Part shown: positions 1 through 13,483 of the stretch, in pieces
How the letters are laid out: each line of letters starts with the position of its first letter
How positions within the stretch are numbered: the stretch's first letter is position 1
DNA from: Eledone cirrhosa
Lineage: Eukaryota
Assembly (NCBI GenBank): GCA_964016885.1
Contig: OZ024741.1
Span: 36,394,001 to 36,458,000 of the forward strand
DNA length: 64,000 nt
Direction: 5' to 3'
Position numbers and translations under genes: made by a program
The notes under the pieces: model-generated
What the model saw: only the letters and a program-made list of their open reading frames with translations
The model's database searches: none
Told to the model about the DNA's origin: nothing

Positions 1-921
1 CTTCCTAACACCAACCACATTTACAGTGTGGACTGGGAGGTTTTTACCGTGTTACCTACATAGCCACATTACAGCATGGACTGTGTGTTTTTTGTCATGA
101 CACCTACACGACCTCATTTATTTCGGACTGGATGTTGTGGTACCAACATAACTTTACATCGAAAGGGGTGGTGCAGATGGGGTGGAGATAGTGGGACGGG
201 GGGGGGGGTATTTTTGTTAAGACGTGCCTACGGACTGTAGGTTTCGCTTTGTACTTAGGCAAGGCGGGTCTTCTGTATTACTGTGTAGCACCAAAGATCT
301 CAGTCCAGTGACATTGTCTTGGAGAGGTGTAAGTGTGTGAGGTCGGAATTTATCAAGTCGCCCCAGGTTTTTCTGGGTCTGCCTACTCCTTGGCTACCAT
401 CTATTTTTATCGCCCTGCACTTTTTTATACAGCTGTTGTCTTTCATGCGCATCACGTGACCGTACCAACGTAGTCTTCTCTCGAGTAAACAACATCTAAT
501 TCCTCTTATTCCTAATTTCTCCCTTAGTTCATTTATGCTTTGCCGTTCACGTATATTACTATTACACATCCGACGGAGCATGCAAGCTTCGTTCCTCTCC
601 AGTCTGCGTATATCCTCTGCACACAATGCCCAAGTCTCACTGCCATGTAACATTGTTGTTCGTATGCAGGCATCATACAGTCTGCCTTTCATTTTTAGAG
701 AGAAACCTTTAGCCGCCAATAGTGGTATAAGCTCTCTGAACTATTTCCATCCCATTCTGACTCTGGCTATTGTACTTTCAGAGCACCCTCCACCACTGCT
801 GATTTTGTCACCCAGGTAACGGAAGGTGTCCACTATTTGTATAGAACCATCTGTGCAATGGAATGAGCTAGTATTCTGTGTGCACTTGCTGCTACTTATT
901 GCACCTGAGCACCGGCCACAT
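1..921 (-). mobile_element. RTE-clade LINE, 5'-truncated 3' portion (RT C-terminus plus 3' UTR; continues beyond window start)
   Basis: Translates to CGRC...VDTFRYLG...LYDACIRTTMLHGSETW...RLRWYGHVMRM...GRPRKTW, closely similar to the C-terminus of ORF 2314-4365; 5' break abuts (TA)n. Confidence 0.93.
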
Positions 922-929
922 ATATATAT

Positions 930-1180
930 ATTGTTATACTTTGGGAGGGTCATGTTGCCAATAAGAAACACACGCAACAGTTGCTTTCACTCCAATGTAT
1001 TATAAATTAAATTTATAAATTTAAGAATTTAGGAATTTATAAATTTCCAGTTGGTTGGTTGGTTCTACAACCGGATGGTTGTTCATATATTGTCAAAGTT
1101 CTTTCGTCACACATTCTGTGACCTCTTCAGTGACTGGGGATTCTTCTCTTTGTTTTGTGCCTCTCCTTTGTTCTGTCCTA
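930..1180 (-). mobile_element. Penelope-like family B terminal fragment (hammerhead plus ORF start MTLPKYNNI)
   Basis: Reverse-complement homolog of 54583-54885; shares the ORF start and the GAAAGAACTTTG motif with 61507-61810; flanked by (TA)n on both sides. Penelope assignment inferred from the hammerhead. Confidence 0.6.
1092..1134 (-). ncRNA. Minimal type I hammerhead ribozyme (family B)
   Basis: Minus strand reads GTCA-CTGAAGA-G-GTCAC(AGAATGT)GTGAC-GAAA-G(AA)C-TT-TGAC: intact core, stem I GTCA/TGAC, stem II, very short stem III. Confidence 0.75.
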
Positions 1181-1194
1181 TATATATATATATA

Positions 1195-1890
1195 TCATCA
1201 TCATCATCATCATCACCGTTTTACGTCCGTTCTTCCACGCTAGCATGGGTTAGACGGGTTGTCCTGTTGTGGGCAGTGTCTGGTCGGCTGACCATGCCTT
1301 GCTCATACAGGAACTGATCTGGCTTGATTTCTACAGCTGGATGCCCTTCCTAACACCAACCTCATTTACAGTGAGTGCTGGGTGCTTTTTCGTGGCGCCT
1401 ACACGTCCACTTTACAGTGTGGGCTGGGTGCTTTTTTGCCGTGGCGCCTCCACGACCACCTTGCGGTGGGGGGGGGGGGGGGGGCATATTGTTTATATGC
1501 TTCAGCATGTACCCATGGGAGGTCGGGTACCCTGTATTACTGCGTGACGCCAGAAGTCACGGTCGTGTGTCATTGACTTTGAGAGGTGTAGTTGGGTAAG
1601 GTCGGCTTTTATCACCTCATCCCAAGTCATCTTGGGTCTCCCCACTCCGCGGTTTCCATCAACTTCTAGTGCTCTGCACCTTTTTATGCAGCTGTCATCC
1701 TTCATACGCATCACATGTCCATACCAGCGTAACCGCCTCTCCTGCACGCAGCATTTGATTCCTCTTATGCTCAGTCTCTCTCTCAATTCATTTATGCTTT
1801 GTCGTTCACGTATATTACTGTTACACATCCATCGGAGCATGCAGGCTTCGTTTCTCTCTAATCTACGTAAGTCGTTTCTCTCTAATCTAC

Positions 1891-1893
<3 letters not shown>
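1195..1893 (-). mobile_element. RTE LINE 3' fragment (second subfamily) with (GAT)n tail
   Basis: RRLERNEACMLRWMC...RLRWYGHVMRM...DRDFWR; (CAT)n at 1195-1215; homologous to 28098-29025 and 41155-42350. Confidence 0.93.
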
Positions 1894-1920
<27 letters not shown>

Positions 1921-1922
<2 letters not shown>

Positions 1923-4751
1923 GATGCTATAAGCTTTTCTGGGTGGGAAATGACAATGGGCTGGGTGGAGTAGGTATCATGGTAGCAGAAAAGTGGGCAG
2001 ATAAGATAATAGACGTAAATAGAGTGAACGACAGAATAATTAAAATAAGACTTGTCCTCAATAGAACTACGGTGACAGTAATATCTGCGTACGCACCCCA
2101 ATCCGGACTGGCCGGCACTATAAAAGACAGATTCTATGAGACACTGATGCTCACTACCTCCCAAATAACCAACAGTGACTATATAATTATTGCAGGCGAC
2201 CTAAATGGTCACGTTAGACAACATTGTGACGGCTACGAAGAAATCCATGGAGGCTATGATCGGGGGAACACACAAGCCAGGTAGATTATATCCTTACCAG
2301 AAGACGTGACAGAGTGTCTGTTGTAAACACTAAATCCCTCCCCCATGAAGAATGGACCTCCCAACATAGACTGATAATTAGCGACCTAATAGTCAGGATG
2401 AGACGTACTAGACAACAGAAGAGGACTATCCTCAGGAGAAAAATATGGAAGCTAAAGGACCCCACAGCCAGAAATAAATTCAAAAGTATACTACTTGATG
2501 CTTTCGACAGTAAGGAAGAGCAATTAGAGTCGTACAATATAGAGGAGCAGTGGGAATTCCTGAAAGCAAACCTGCTGATGGCGGCAGACGAAGTCTGTGG
2601 CTGGAGCAGGCCTGTAGGCAGGAGGAGAGTAACATGGTGGTGGAACAGTAAGGTGGAGGGGTCAATTAAGGCCAAAAAGCAGGCTTGGAAAGTATGGCGG
2701 GATGGGGGAAGCAGAGAAGACTATCAAGTGGCCAGGAGGGAAGCTAGGAGACAAGTGTACTTCGCAAGAAGGGAAGCAGAGGAAAGAAAGTTCAAGCATG
2801 TTCTACAACGCGAGGACCAAAAACGTGAGGTGTTCAGGATTAACCAAGTCATACAGAATGGGGTTGTTCCGAAGGACTGGCATAGCAGCATCATCGTTAA
2901 CTGTTATAAGGGTAAAGGAGATGCCCTAGATAGGAGTAACTATAGAGGCATTAAATTAATCGACCAGGTCATGAAGGTCATGGAAAAAGTAATAGCGCAA
3001 CTAATTAGAGAGAGAATTGATCTAGATGAAATGCAGTTCGGGTTTGTGTCAAGCAAAAGTACCACAGACGCTATTTTCATTGTACGACAACTACAGGAGA
3101 AGTACCTAGCTAAAAGTAAACCCCTATACTTAGCTTTTGTCGACTTGGAGAAAGCCTTCGACAGAGTCCCCCATTCGATTATCTGGTGGGCTCTTAGAAA
3201 ACTAGGTGTTGACGAATGGCTTGTGAGAGCTATACAAGCCATGTATAAAGAAACAGTCAGCAAGGTTAGAATTAACAACGAATATAGTGAAGAGTTTAGC
3301 GTAAAAGTTGGCGTCCATCAGGGCTCTGTTCTCAGCCCCCTACTATTTATTATTGCCCTTCAGGCTATAACAGAGGAGTTCAAGACCGGTTGCCCATGGG
3401 AACTCCTATACGCAGATGACCTAACACTCATAGCTGAATCAATGGCCGAGCTAGAGAAGAAATTCCAAACACGAAAGCACGGCCTAGAATCAAAAGGCCT
3501 TAAAATTAACCTGGCTAAGACTAAAGTTCTAGTTTGTAAGAAAGAAAATAAGGCGGCGGTCCCTTCCGGGAAGTGGCCATGCTCAGTGTGTAGGAAAGGC
3601 GTAGGTAGAAACTCCATTTTGTGTCCCAAATGCAAAGTATGGGTGCATAAAAGATGTAGTGGGATCACAGGTAAGCTAACTAAGAACATAGATTTTACAT
3701 GTGGCCGGTGCTCTGGTGCAATAAGTAGGAGCAAGTGCCCACAAAATACTAGCTCTTTCAACTGCGCAGAGGGTTCTATAGAAATAGTGGACAGCTTCCG
3801 TTACCTGGGTGACAAAATCAGCAGTGGGGGAGGGTGCTCTGAAAGTACAGTAGCTAGAGTCAGAACTGGATGGAAAAAGTTCAGAGAGCTTATACCACTA
3901 TTAGCCACTAAAGGGTTCTCCCTAAAAATGAAAGGCAGGTTGTATGATGCCTGCATACGAACAGCAATGTTGCATGGCCGTGAGACCTGGGCATTGTGTG
4001 CAGAGGATATACGAAGACTAGAGAGGAACGAAGCTTGCATGCTCCGCTGGATGTGTAATAGTAATATACGTGAACGGCAAAGCATAAACGATCTAAGAAG
4101 AAAATTAGAAATAAGAGGGATCAGATGTTGTTTACTCAAGAGAAGGCTACGTTGGTATGGTCACGTGATGCGCATGAAAGACGATAGCTGTATAACAAAG
4201 TGCAGGGCAATAAAGATAGACGGTAGCCACGGAATAGGCAGACCCAGAAAAACCTGGGATGAGCTGATAAATTCCGACCTCACACACTTACACCTCTCCA
4301 AGACAATGTCACTGGACCGAGACCTTTGGCGGTACTCAGTAATAGAGAAGACCCGCCTTACCTAAATACAAAGTAAAACCTACTACAGTCAGTAGGCATC
4401 TCTAACAAAATACACCCCTGTCCCACCACCACCACCCCATCCACACCGCCCCTTTCAATGTAAAGTTATGTTGGTGCCACAACATCCAGGTCGAAACAAA
4501 TGAGATCGTGTAGGTGTCACGATAAAAAAAACACACAGTTCACGCTGTAATGTGGCCGTGTAGGCAACACGGTAAAAACCTCCCAGCCCCACACTGTAAA
4601 TGTGGTTGGTGTTTGGAAGGGCATCCAGCTGTAGAAAACCCGCCAGATAGTCCTATGCGAGCAAGATAATCACTCTTGCCTCAAGTGGGAAAACCCCCGT
4701 CCAAACCCATGCAAGCGTGGAATACGGACGTTAAACGTTGATGATGATGAT
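1921..4751 (+). mobile_element. RTE-clade LINE, 5'-truncated and internally deleted (partial APE endonuclease, RT, 3' UTR, (GAT)n tail)
   Basis: EN motifs GVGI, SAYAPQ, AGDLNGHV, VDYIL, SQHRL; RT motifs NYRGI, QFGF, FVDLEKAFDRV, GVHQGSVLSPLLF, LYADD; deletions near 2258 and 2840; tail gatgatgatga at 4740. Confidence 0.95.
2314..4365 (+). pseudogene. RTE reverse transcriptase ORF remnant with an internal C4HC3 (PHD-like) finger
   Basis: 683-aa open frame with YADD; CSVC..CPKC..HKRC..CGRC lies between KTKV and VDSFRYLG; N-terminus disrupted and EN-RT linker deleted. Confidence 0.9.
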
Positions 4752-5258
4752 ATATATATACATATATATATACATATATATATATATATGTGTGTGTGTA
4801 ATATATACACACACAGCTTGATAAAATAGGATATATCAATTTGTGTGTGTGGAGAGAGAAAGAGGGGGGGTCGATAAAATAGGACATATTTAGCTATTTA
4901 TCTATCTATATGTAAATATACATGTGTTTGTGTGTGTTTAGGATATATACATACAGTTATACATACAGAGAAATAGTATACCAGTGGAAGAGGAGAGGGG
5001 GAGAAAGAGGTAGCTATGTAGGTAGGTACTTAGGTAAGTAATTGCACCTACTAGACAGACACACAGACAGACAGATAAGTGGTTAAAATATAAAAACATC
5101 AATATAAACAACCACCAGGAGAAGGCAACAAAGAAAACTTAATATTTAATGTTACATTCCCATAATAAATACGAAAAACTAACACAGATGTCACTCTGTT
5201 CTCTATAGCTCCTACAAAGCAACGAATCTCTCACCGCCATCTCTCTCTATATATATAT

Positions 5259-5398
5259 AGGTTAACATATGTTGATGCCCTAAGGACAGACACTGGTCTG
5301 TTGGAGATGCAGGACATGGCAGCGATAATGAGGGACAGAGACCGCTGGAGAGAACTCGTCCATGGATCTCGGGAATTTTACCCGCCTTAGATAGATAT
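5259..5398 (+). mobile_element. 3' tip of a different RTE-like LINE
   Basis: Translates LTYVDALRTDTGLLEMQDMAAIMRDRDRWRELV, a typical RTE C-terminal DRxxWR motif; flanked by (TA)n. Confidence 0.7.
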
Positions 5399-5529
5399 AT
5401 ATATATATATATAAATTTTTAAGCTTGTTGAATCCCAACAAATTAAATATAACCTCTGCATTTATATATATATATATATATATAAATATATATATACATA
5501 TATATATATGTATATATATATATATCCCA

Positions 5530-5698
5530 CCCCTATCTCTCTCTTTCTCTCTGTCTCTCCCCATCTCCCTCTCTTTCTCTCTGTCTCACCTCCATCTCTC
5601 TCTCCCACTCTCTCCCACTCTCTCCCACTCTCTCCCTCTCCCTCTCTCTTTCTCTATGTCTACCCTCATCTCTCTTTCTCTTTCTCTATGTCTCACCC

Positions 5699-5750
<52 letters not shown>
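5530..5750. repeat. (CT)n-rich polypyrimidine microsatellite
   Basis: Direct reading. Confidence 0.95.
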
Positions 5751-6177
5751 TATGTCTAATTAAAAAGCTAACTTTAACCCTTTCTAGCTACCATATTTCT
5801 TATGAACGACATTGTCCATTGTTTTCAAATCATTTGGAAATAATCAAAAATTGCCTTTCATCCTCACGGGTCGATAAAATAAAGTACCAGTCACGCACTG
5901 GGGTCGACTTAATCGCCTTCCCCCCCTGTGCCTATATAAGAAACCATTATTTCATTATTATTATTTATAATTTTATGTAATAATAATGAAATAATAATTT
6001 TCTACTTTTGGCACAAGGCCAGCAATTACCCCAGTGCATTACTGGTACTTTATTTTATCAACCCCATAAGGATGAAAGGTAAAGTTAACCTTGGCGCGAT
6101 TTGAACTCAGAATGTAAAGGGCCATAACTCTATGCTGCAAAGCATGGTGCCTGACACTCTACCGATACTGCCAGAAA

Positions 6178-6447
6178 AGTATTGTGTACAGTGCTCAGGT
6201 GCACTACAACTCATCAAAGGTGCATGTATAGTACATTGAATAATGTACAAATATCAGGAAAGTGAACAGTGTATGAGTCATGATGTACACACAGATACAT
6301 GCATTTGTGTGTATGGAGGAGGAATCTCAGATGTTGTGTAGGTGAATCTCAGGAAGCATGGAAGTTTTATAGGATGTAGTGTCCTGACAGCTAACAACTG
6401 ATGCAGGTTATTTGTTCCATGCTTCAGAAACTCTGAGCGTGAAAAAA
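6178..6447 (-). mobile_element. CR1-like LINE 3' end
   Basis: Reverse complement of about 12140-12400; another 3' UTR piece at about 52800-52905. Confidence 0.8.
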
Positions 6448-6699
6448 GGGATGTTGTTGGCCAGATGGTTGATAATTATGGAAGCAGATTTGTGTTGTAA
6501 AAGAATCCAAAGTTTCAAGTGGTTTGGAACGAAGACAATCACACCGTTTATTATTTCTAATGAAAGATACTGCCTTTTACTTTCAAATAATTTCGAAAAT
6601 AATTAAGAATTTGAAGGTATTTGGTAATAATAACTAACTTTAAATTAAAATACTACCTTCTTCTCGTTTGTTGTTATTGTTGGCAGTGGGGGGGGGGGG

Positions 6700-6826
6700 G
6701 GTAGTAGTAATAGTAGTAGTAGTAGTAGTAGTAGCAGCAGCAGCAATAGCAGCAGCAGAATCAGCAGCAGAAGCAGCAGTAGTGGCAGCAGCAGCAGTAG
6801 TAGTAGTAGTAGTAGTAGTAGTAGCA
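6700..6826. repeat. Compound (GTA)n/(GCA)n microsatellite
   Basis: Direct reading. Confidence 0.95.
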
Positions 6827-7687
6827 ACTTTTTGTAAACGTTTTTATCCCTTTCCTTGCAATATCTCTAAAGACACTGCCTATGATTTTGAAAATAATCA
6901 AGAATTTAGCAGGATTTAGTAAAATATCTAACATTGTTATTATTAGGATGGTGAATTGGCAGTATTGGTAGAGAGTTGGACACCTTGCTTTGCAGTATAG
7001 AGTTACGGCCCTTTATGGTCTGAGTTCAAATCCCGTCGAGGTTAACTTTGCCTTTCATCCTTACGGGGTCGATAAAATAAAGTACCAGTAATACACTGGG
7101 ATAATTGCTGGCCTTGTGCCAAAAGTAGAAACAATTATTTTCATCTAACGATAGATTGACAGAATCGGCAGTGCGTCGGACAACATGCTTCGCAGCATAG
7201 AGTTATGGCCCTTTACGTTCTGAGCTCAATTCCCTCCAAGGTTAGCTTTGCCTTTCATCCTTACTGGGTCGATAAAATAAAGTACCAGTAATACACTGAG
7301 ATAATTGCTGGCCTTGTGCCAAAAGTAGAAACAATTATTAAGCTAAATCATGATGGAAGTTTTTTGATAAATATAAAGACTAAACTTTTTATTGTAGTAT
7401 TTCTAATGAAATAACTGCCTGTGTTTGAATTGAAAGAATTCAATAAAATAACTTTTTCATTATTAAGCTGAAATTTGAGGGCAGTGGATTGGCAGAATTG
7501 GTAGAGCTTCAGACACCCTGCTTCACAGCATTGAGTTACGGCCCTTTATATTTTGAGTTAGGTCTACCTTTCATCCTTACAGGGTTTGATAAAATAAAGT
7601 ACTAGTCATGCACTGGGGTCAATTTAATCGACTTTCCCCTCCTCCCAAAATTGCTAGCCTTGTGCCTATATCAGAAACCAGTATTAA

Positions 7688-8069
7688 CCCTTTAGCATTT
7701 AAACCGGTCATATCCAGCCAGAATTCTCTCACCTCTTTCTGTTCGAACCGGCTGTAACTGGCCGCTCATACTGACGTTTATACTGACATTATAGTATTGC
7801 TCTCAAAATAAATAATTGTTTCTCTTTTTGGCACAAGGCCAGTAATTATCCCAGTGTATTACTGGTACTTTATTTTATCGACCCCGTAAGGATGAAAGGC
7901 AAAGTTAATCTCGGCGGGATTTGAACTCAGACCATAAAGGGGCGTAACTCTATGCTGCAAAGCATGGTGTCCGGCCCACAACTAATACTGCCAATCCACC
8001 ATAGATTTGATATTATGTGAGATAAAGCCTTTACCACAAAAATACAATAGTAATGTAAATGCTAAAGGG
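7688..8069. mobile_element. piggyBac-type MITE with nested SINE
   Basis: TTAA|CCCTTTAGCATTTA ... TAAATGCTAAAGGG|TTAA: TIRs plus TTAA TSD. Confidence 0.85.
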
Positions 8070-8093
8070 TTAAGCTGATATTTAGAACATTAC

Positions 8094-8335
8094 TACGTAC
8101 ATACATATATGTATACAGACGTACAGTATGTATATATATACATACATGCACACATATATATATGCACGTATTGGTTTACCGAACATTTATAATAATGCTT
8201 GGTTTTGTTTACAAACAAACAAACCGAGCATTATAATAAATGTTTGGTAAACCAATACGTGCATATATATATGTGTGCATGTATGTATATATATACATAC
8301 TACTGTACGTCTGTATACATATATGTATGTACGTA
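8094..8335. repeat. Fold-back inverted repeat (arms about 115 bp)
   Basis: tacgtacatacatatatgtatacagacgtacag...ttggtttaccgaacattta is mirrored by taaatgtttggtaaaccaa...ctgtacgtctgtatacatatatgtatgtacgta. Confidence 0.9.
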
Positions 8336-8410
8336 TACATACATACATACTTACATTTAAGTAAGTGCCGTACTAAGAGTGAGAAAGGAAATTTCGTTTC
8401 ATTCTATTCC

Positions 8411-8512
<102 letters not shown>

Positions 8513-8893
8513 TAAACCTATATATATATAGATAGGAAACTATTTGAGGTTTAGCAAGATAAATGAAAGAGACAAACTTTCTTCAGAGTAGACTCAGTAG
8601 AAAGTTGTGTGCGTGTGTGTATGTGCATGTGTGTGTGTGTGTGCATGTTTGTGTGTGAATATGATAGAACTATGAAACAAAAATAAATCAAATTCCAAAT
8701 ACTGTTGCAATAAATTCAGAAATTTTGTTAAATCTTACCTTTCCGGACAATTATTTAGAAAGATTTTCTAAATAATTACTTCTACCTGAGAAAATATTTT
8801 CAATGAATCTTCTTTTCTATATCTTTCCTTGCTTACTCCATGCCTCATTCCAGGCTTTTTTACCATTATGTCTTCTCCACCATGTCTCTAGAG

Positions 8894-9129
8894 CAGGCAT
8901 GTCAAACGTGCAGCTCCCGGGCCACAGTTGGACCTTTACAAGCACACCTGTGGCCTGCACAAAGGTTTTACAATGCAGGCATGTTTTATTTTCGTAAAAA
9001 TTAGTTGTAATGTGTGCAATTAGTTGTCGTGTGTGGCCCTCAGACAACACATATGTGACCCATGTGGCCCTCAGACAACACATATGTGACCCATGTGACC
9101 CTCGGTGGACCCTCAGTTTCACATGCCTG
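8894..9129. mobile_element. hAT (Charlie-like) MITE
   Basis: TIR CAGGCATGTCAAAC / GTTTCACATGCCTG; 8-bp TSD CTCTAGAG / CTTTAGAG. Confidence 0.85.
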
Positions 9130-9169
9130 CTTTAGAGGATAATATAGCTGTTTAGCAGACAATTATCTA

Positions 9170-9850
<681 letters not shown>

Positions 9851-10607
9851 GCTTTTACATACATTTTTGTTTGTGGAGCATATATATATATCCTGCTAAG
9901 GTAAAAGTAAGTGATGAACCTCTCAACAAGTTTCTCTACCTTAACCAGCTTTGGTGACACCACATCCAGATGGTTCAGTTTCTACTGTAACACTCTGGCC
10001 TTCAATAGGCCTCAACAATAGCTCTACGCCTTCATTACAGAGACGCACACTCACACACACACACACACACGTACACACACACGTACACACATACACACAC
10101 ACGGTTACATTGATTGACACAGACTGAAGCATCGGTCAACTAAATCAATGAGGGGGGAGAGAGAGAGAGTGGAATGGTGGAATTATGAGAGGGAGTAGCA
10201 CACACATACACACACATGCACACACACATACACATACACACACATACACACATACACACACACACATACATACACATACACACATACACACACACATATA
10301 CACACATATACATACACACTCATGCACACATGCACACACACAAACACACTCACACAAACAAACAGTAAGAGGTAAGGATGCACATATATATAAAAATATA
10401 CCTCCCCACCCTGCTACCTGGTGAAGTCTGTTGAATTCTGAAAAACCTCCCTCCTTTATCCTCACACCACCACCACCATAATACATACATACTTATGTAT
10501 GTATGTTTATATATATATATATATATATATACATATATACATATATACACATTGTCAGCTTGCTAAGACAATCATTACTGTTACAATTTTTGTTAGTTTG
10601 TGTCTTC

Positions 10608-11116
10608 TGTGTGTGTGTGTATGGCTGTGAGTGTGTGTGTGTGCCTGCGTGTGTGTGTGCCTGTGTGTGTGTGTGCCTGTGTGTGAGTGTGCCTATGTGT
10701 GTGTGTGCCTGTGTGTGAGTGTGCCTGTGTGTGTGTGTGTGTGCCTGTGTGTGAGTGTGCCTGTGTGCGTGTGCCTGTGTGTGAGTGTGCCTGTGTGTGT
10801 GTGTGCCTGTGTGTGTGTGTGCCTGTGTGTATGTGTGTGCCTGTGTGTGAGTGTGCCTATGTGTGAGTGTGTGTGCCTGTGTGTGAGTGGGCCTGTGTGT
10901 GGGTGTGTGTGTGTCTATGTGTGAGTGTGCCTGTGTGTGTGTGTGCCTGTGTGTGAGTGTGCCTGTGTGTGAGTGTGTGTGTGTGCCTGTGTGTGAGTGT
11001 GCCTGTGTGTGAGTGTGTGTGTGTGTGCCTGTGTGTGAGTGGGCCTGTGTGTGTGTGTGCGCCTGTGTGTGTGTCTGCCTGTGTGTGAGTGTGCCTGTGT
11101 GTGTGTGAGTGTGCCT
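10608..11116. repeat. (TG)n-derived minisatellite with recurring GCCT/GAGT interruptions
   Basis: Unit of the form gtgcctgtgtgtgagt. Confidence 0.95.
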
Positions 11117-11159
11117 GTTGTGTCAGCATTTGGATTGAGATAGATATTTAGACAGGTAT

Positions 11160-11220
<61 letters not shown>

Positions 11221-11223
<3 letters not shown>

Positions 11224-12418
11224 TGTGATCAACTTATTGAGTTTCTTGAGGACATCACCCAGATCACTGATGTTGCATTGTGTCCAGGTCAGACTGCAAG
11301 CAAGATCTATAGTGTTCAGGATCTGCCCTTTTTATCTCAAGGTACAGCTTGATGTCATCTGCGTACTTTAGTACTGTGGCATTCTTTAAGTTGGCATCTA
11401 TGTCATTAATATATGCCACAAACAAAAGGGGGCCAAGAACAGATCCCTGTGGTACACCAGATGACATCTCATATAGTGAGGAATGCTGTCCCAGAACCGT
11501 GACTACCTCTCTTTGACTGAGAATGAAGGACTTCAACCAGTTAAAAAGATCATCCTTCACACCCATTGCAGAGAGTTTTGCCATAAGCCTTTTGTGTGGC
11601 ACAGAATTGAAAGCTTTAGCAAACTCAAGGTAAACAAGCACTAATATCAAGAAGTCTTCTTGTGCACATGACCCGGACATTACGGTCAGCAGCGATTTGC
11701 ATTGGACGAAGCGCGTCTCTAAAATTGTCAAGAGGGCCGAGGTTGTCTTAGCATCACTGAGCAAGACCTTTGTCAGCTGCTCTCCAGCTATCTATTTAAG
11801 GTTGTACATGGCTATGGTGCGGCCACACTTAGAATTTGTATCACCAGTCTGGAACCCCAATCTTGTTCAGAACATTGACCGCCTGGAAACTGTTCAGAGA
11901 CGTGCAACCAAGTGAATACCCTCCATCAGGCATCTACCATACTCTGAATGCCTTGCTTCCCTGGGCATGGATACATTGAAGCTCTGACACCTGGTAACTG
12001 ACTTGGTAAATGCCCACAAAATTGTTAACCATCTTGCCAACAACAACCCTGAGCACCTTTTTGATTTCTATGTGTCTAACACACGTGGGCATGCCCACAA
12101 AGTTAGAAAACAGCACAACTCCCATGACTTTCGGAAACATTTTTTCACGCTCAGAGTTGCTGAAGCATGTAACAAACTACCTGCATCAGTTGTTAGCTGT
12201 CGAGACACTGCATCCTTTAAAACCTCCATGCTTCCCGAGATTCGCCAACACTACACCTAATATTCCCCCTCCATACACATACACACATGTATATCATGAC
12301 TCATACACTATTCACTTCCCTGACATTTGTATATTATTCTATGTACTATACATGCACCTTTGACGAGTTGTAGTGCACCTGAGCACTTTACACAATAATT
12401 TCATTATTATCATTATTA
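11221..12418 (+). mobile_element. CR1-clade LINE 3' portion with internally inverted RT segment (11271-11640)
   Basis: + CDQLIEFLEDIT; - YLEFAKAFNSVPH..GVPQGSVLGPLLF..YADD; + VRPHLEFVSPVWNP..LETVQRRATK..TRGH..FFTLRV; (ATT)n-like tail. Confidence 0.9.
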
Positions 12419-12786
12419 TATATATAACCATACTCTACTACCCCAAATATCGAGTACTCTGTTGAGTAATGGTCTCCCCAGTTTCAAACTGAATCTATCC
12501 TGATTCATCATCCTCATCATTATCATTGTTTAACATCCATTTTCCAAGCTACCATAGGTTAGAGGGGTTGTCTCATTCCATTAGAAGCAAGTTGGGTCAG
12601 GTGACTGTGTCTTGCTCATATAGAACTTTTTCTGGGTAGGTTTCTATGGCTAGATGCCCTTCCCAATGCCAACCACATATATAGTGTACACTGGGTGCTT
12701 TTTATCATGACACCTGCACAACCACCTTACAATGTGGGCTGGGTGCTTTTTGTCATGACACCCACACGACCACTTTACAGTGTGTT

Positions 12787-12817
<31 letters not shown>

Positions 12818-12818
<1 letters not shown>

Positions 12819-13027
12819 GTAATAATAATAAATGTGAAGACTAAAATCCAAAGAGGGCTCGATAAGGATAAATATATATCAAATATATAAGAACCCTAGA
12901 GCTAATATTTATTAAAATAACAGATTAAAGTTTAAGCAAAGAATCCCTGCTTTCACTCTTAACAGGCCCTCTTAGGGTGAAAGCAGCGATTCTTTGCTTA
13001 AACTTTAATCTGTTATTTTAATAAATA
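12818..13027. mobile_element. Fold-back fragment of Penelope family A terminus
   Basis: Matches 45103-45250, then turns back through GGGTGAAAGCAGCGATTCTTTGCTTAAAC; flanked by (TA)n. Confidence 0.85.
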
Positions 13028-13127
13028 TATATATATATATATATAAATGAAAGTTAGAGTTAATAACTCTTACTGAAACCCTGTAATCAATAAGCTCAAA
13101 GTATAAATACCGAGCATTATAATAATA

Positions 13128-13410
13128 ATATATATGTAGTAAGAAACACAGTAAATCGTGTGTCTAATATTACTATGGTTGAAAGACCACATTTGTTTGA
13201 AATATTTAACCATGAAGCAGACAGAATGATAAAATAAAATAAAATTATATTATACAAACCGAGAGATATAATTGTTATTGAGGCGGTTGGTATAATATAA
13301 TTTTACTTTATTTTAGCATTCTGTCTGCTTCATGGTTAAATATTTCAAACAAATGTGGTCTTTCAACCCTAGTAATATTAGACACACAATTTACTGTGTT
13401 TCTTACTACA

Positions 13411-13418
<8 letters not shown>
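13128..13418. repeat. Fold-back inverted repeat (arms about 130 bp, spacer about 24 bp)
   Basis: tgtagtaagaaacacagtaaat...aaattatattatac mirrored by gtataatataatttt...atttactgtgtttcttactaca. Confidence 0.9.
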
Positions 13419-13480
<62 letters not shown>

Positions 13481-13483
13481 ATA

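Larger units (their letters stand above)
5850..8000. mobile_element. Cluster of tRNA-derived SINE family 1 copies (about 5850-5950 +, 5995-6175 -, 6945-7140 +, 7150-7340 +, 7480-7683 +, 7815-8000 -)
   Basis: A box TGGCAGnATnGG, B box GAGTTCAAATCC, and central GCCTTTCATCCTTACGGGGTCGATAAAATAAAGTACCAG resembling the Meta-SINE domain. Confidence 0.85.
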
